A stretch of 20,000 nt of DNA from Chiloscyllium plagiosum (Eukaryota): positions 8,740,223 to 8,760,222 of the forward strand of contig NC_057750.1 in the NCBI RefSeq assembly GCF_004010195.1, in the 5' to 3' direction. Shown in pieces: positions 19,151 to 20,000 of the stretch (position 1 is its first letter; each line of letters starts with the position of its first letter). The notes beneath the pieces were generated by a model that saw only the letters and a list, made by a program, of their open reading frames with translations, did no database searches and was not told the DNA's origin. The position numbers and the translations under genes are program-made.

Positions 19151-19496
19151 TTTTTTTTTGCGCAGCAGCAGTTCTAGAAGGCACTTCACCCCACCGTCTT
19201 TGCCAGGGTAACTAGGGAGGGCTATAAATGCCTGCCCATCTTAATCAAGTCCATACTCCTAAAGGAATTTTTTTTATAAAGGAGGCAGAGAAGAAAACCC
19301 CCATTGAGGGCCCATTTGGAATTAACTTTGCACTTCTATCCAGGCAATAGAAACTAGCTCTGGGACTGAATGTTATTCATAAGATACTTGCCCATTTTCA
19401 TGATGTAGTCTTTGCTACAGTAAGCCCCCAATCTAGCTGTCTCTTTTTTATCAAATTCAAATTCCACCCTCTGCCATGGTGGGATTTGAACCCGGA

Positions 19497-20000
19497 TCAT
19501 AGAGTCATAGAGATGTACAGCATGGAAACAGACCCTTCGGTCCAACCCGTCCATGCCGAGTGGATATCCCAACCCAATCTAGTCCCACCTGCCAGCGCCC
19601 GGTCCATATCCCTCCAAACCCTTCCTATTCATATACCCATCCAAATGCCTCTTGAATGTTGCAATTGTACCAGCCTCCACTACTTCCTCTGGCAGCTCAT
19701 TCCATACACGTACTACCCTCTGTGTGAAAAGGTTGCCCCATAGGTCTCTTTTATATCTTTCCCCTCTCACCCTAAACCTATGCCCTCTGGTTCTGGACTC
19801 CCCGACTCCTATTTGCCTATTTACCTTATCCATGCCACTCATAATTTTGTAAACCTCTATAAGGTCACCCCTCAGCCTCCGACACTCCAGGGAAAACAGC
19901 CCCAGCCTGTTCAGCCTCTCCCTGTAGCTCAGATCCTCCAACCCTGGCAACATCCTTGTAAATCTTTTCTGAACCCTTTCAAGTTTCACAACATCTTTCC
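19497..20000 (-). mobile_element. Relatively young CR1 LINE 3' end (runs off the window)
   Basis: Open ORF 19579-19989 KLERVQKRFTRMLPGL..RLRGDLIEVYKIM..TRGHRF..FTQRVVRVWNELP; tail tcatagagtcatagag. Confidence 0.93.

Overview
Vertebrate genomic DNA, inferred from the repeat repertoire to be from a shark or other cartilaginous fish. It contains three consecutive + strand coding exons (4057-4250, 14733-14839, 17934-18081) of a bHLH-PAS gene of the NPAS1/NPAS3 (trachealess) family; they splice in frame and encode the PAS-A/PAS-B region. The introns are packed with retroelements: nested CR1 LINEs, Penelope-like elements with hammerhead-like motifs and inverted structures, tRNA-derived SINEs, a CCA-ending tRNA-Lys retrocopy, minisatellites, and one 614-N assembly gap. 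The most unusual structure is 6870-11874. It is bounded by LTR-type ends (TG...CA) and an AGAGA duplication, and is filled with A-tailed, hairpin-ended units plus a Tx1-like ORF2 end, each joined at the same ATAACCAGGAGA motif. This suggests a sequence-specific LINE repeatedly targeting the TATA region of an LTR, with 3' transductions. Repeat family names come from motif recognition and recall, not from database searches; repeat boundaries are approximate.
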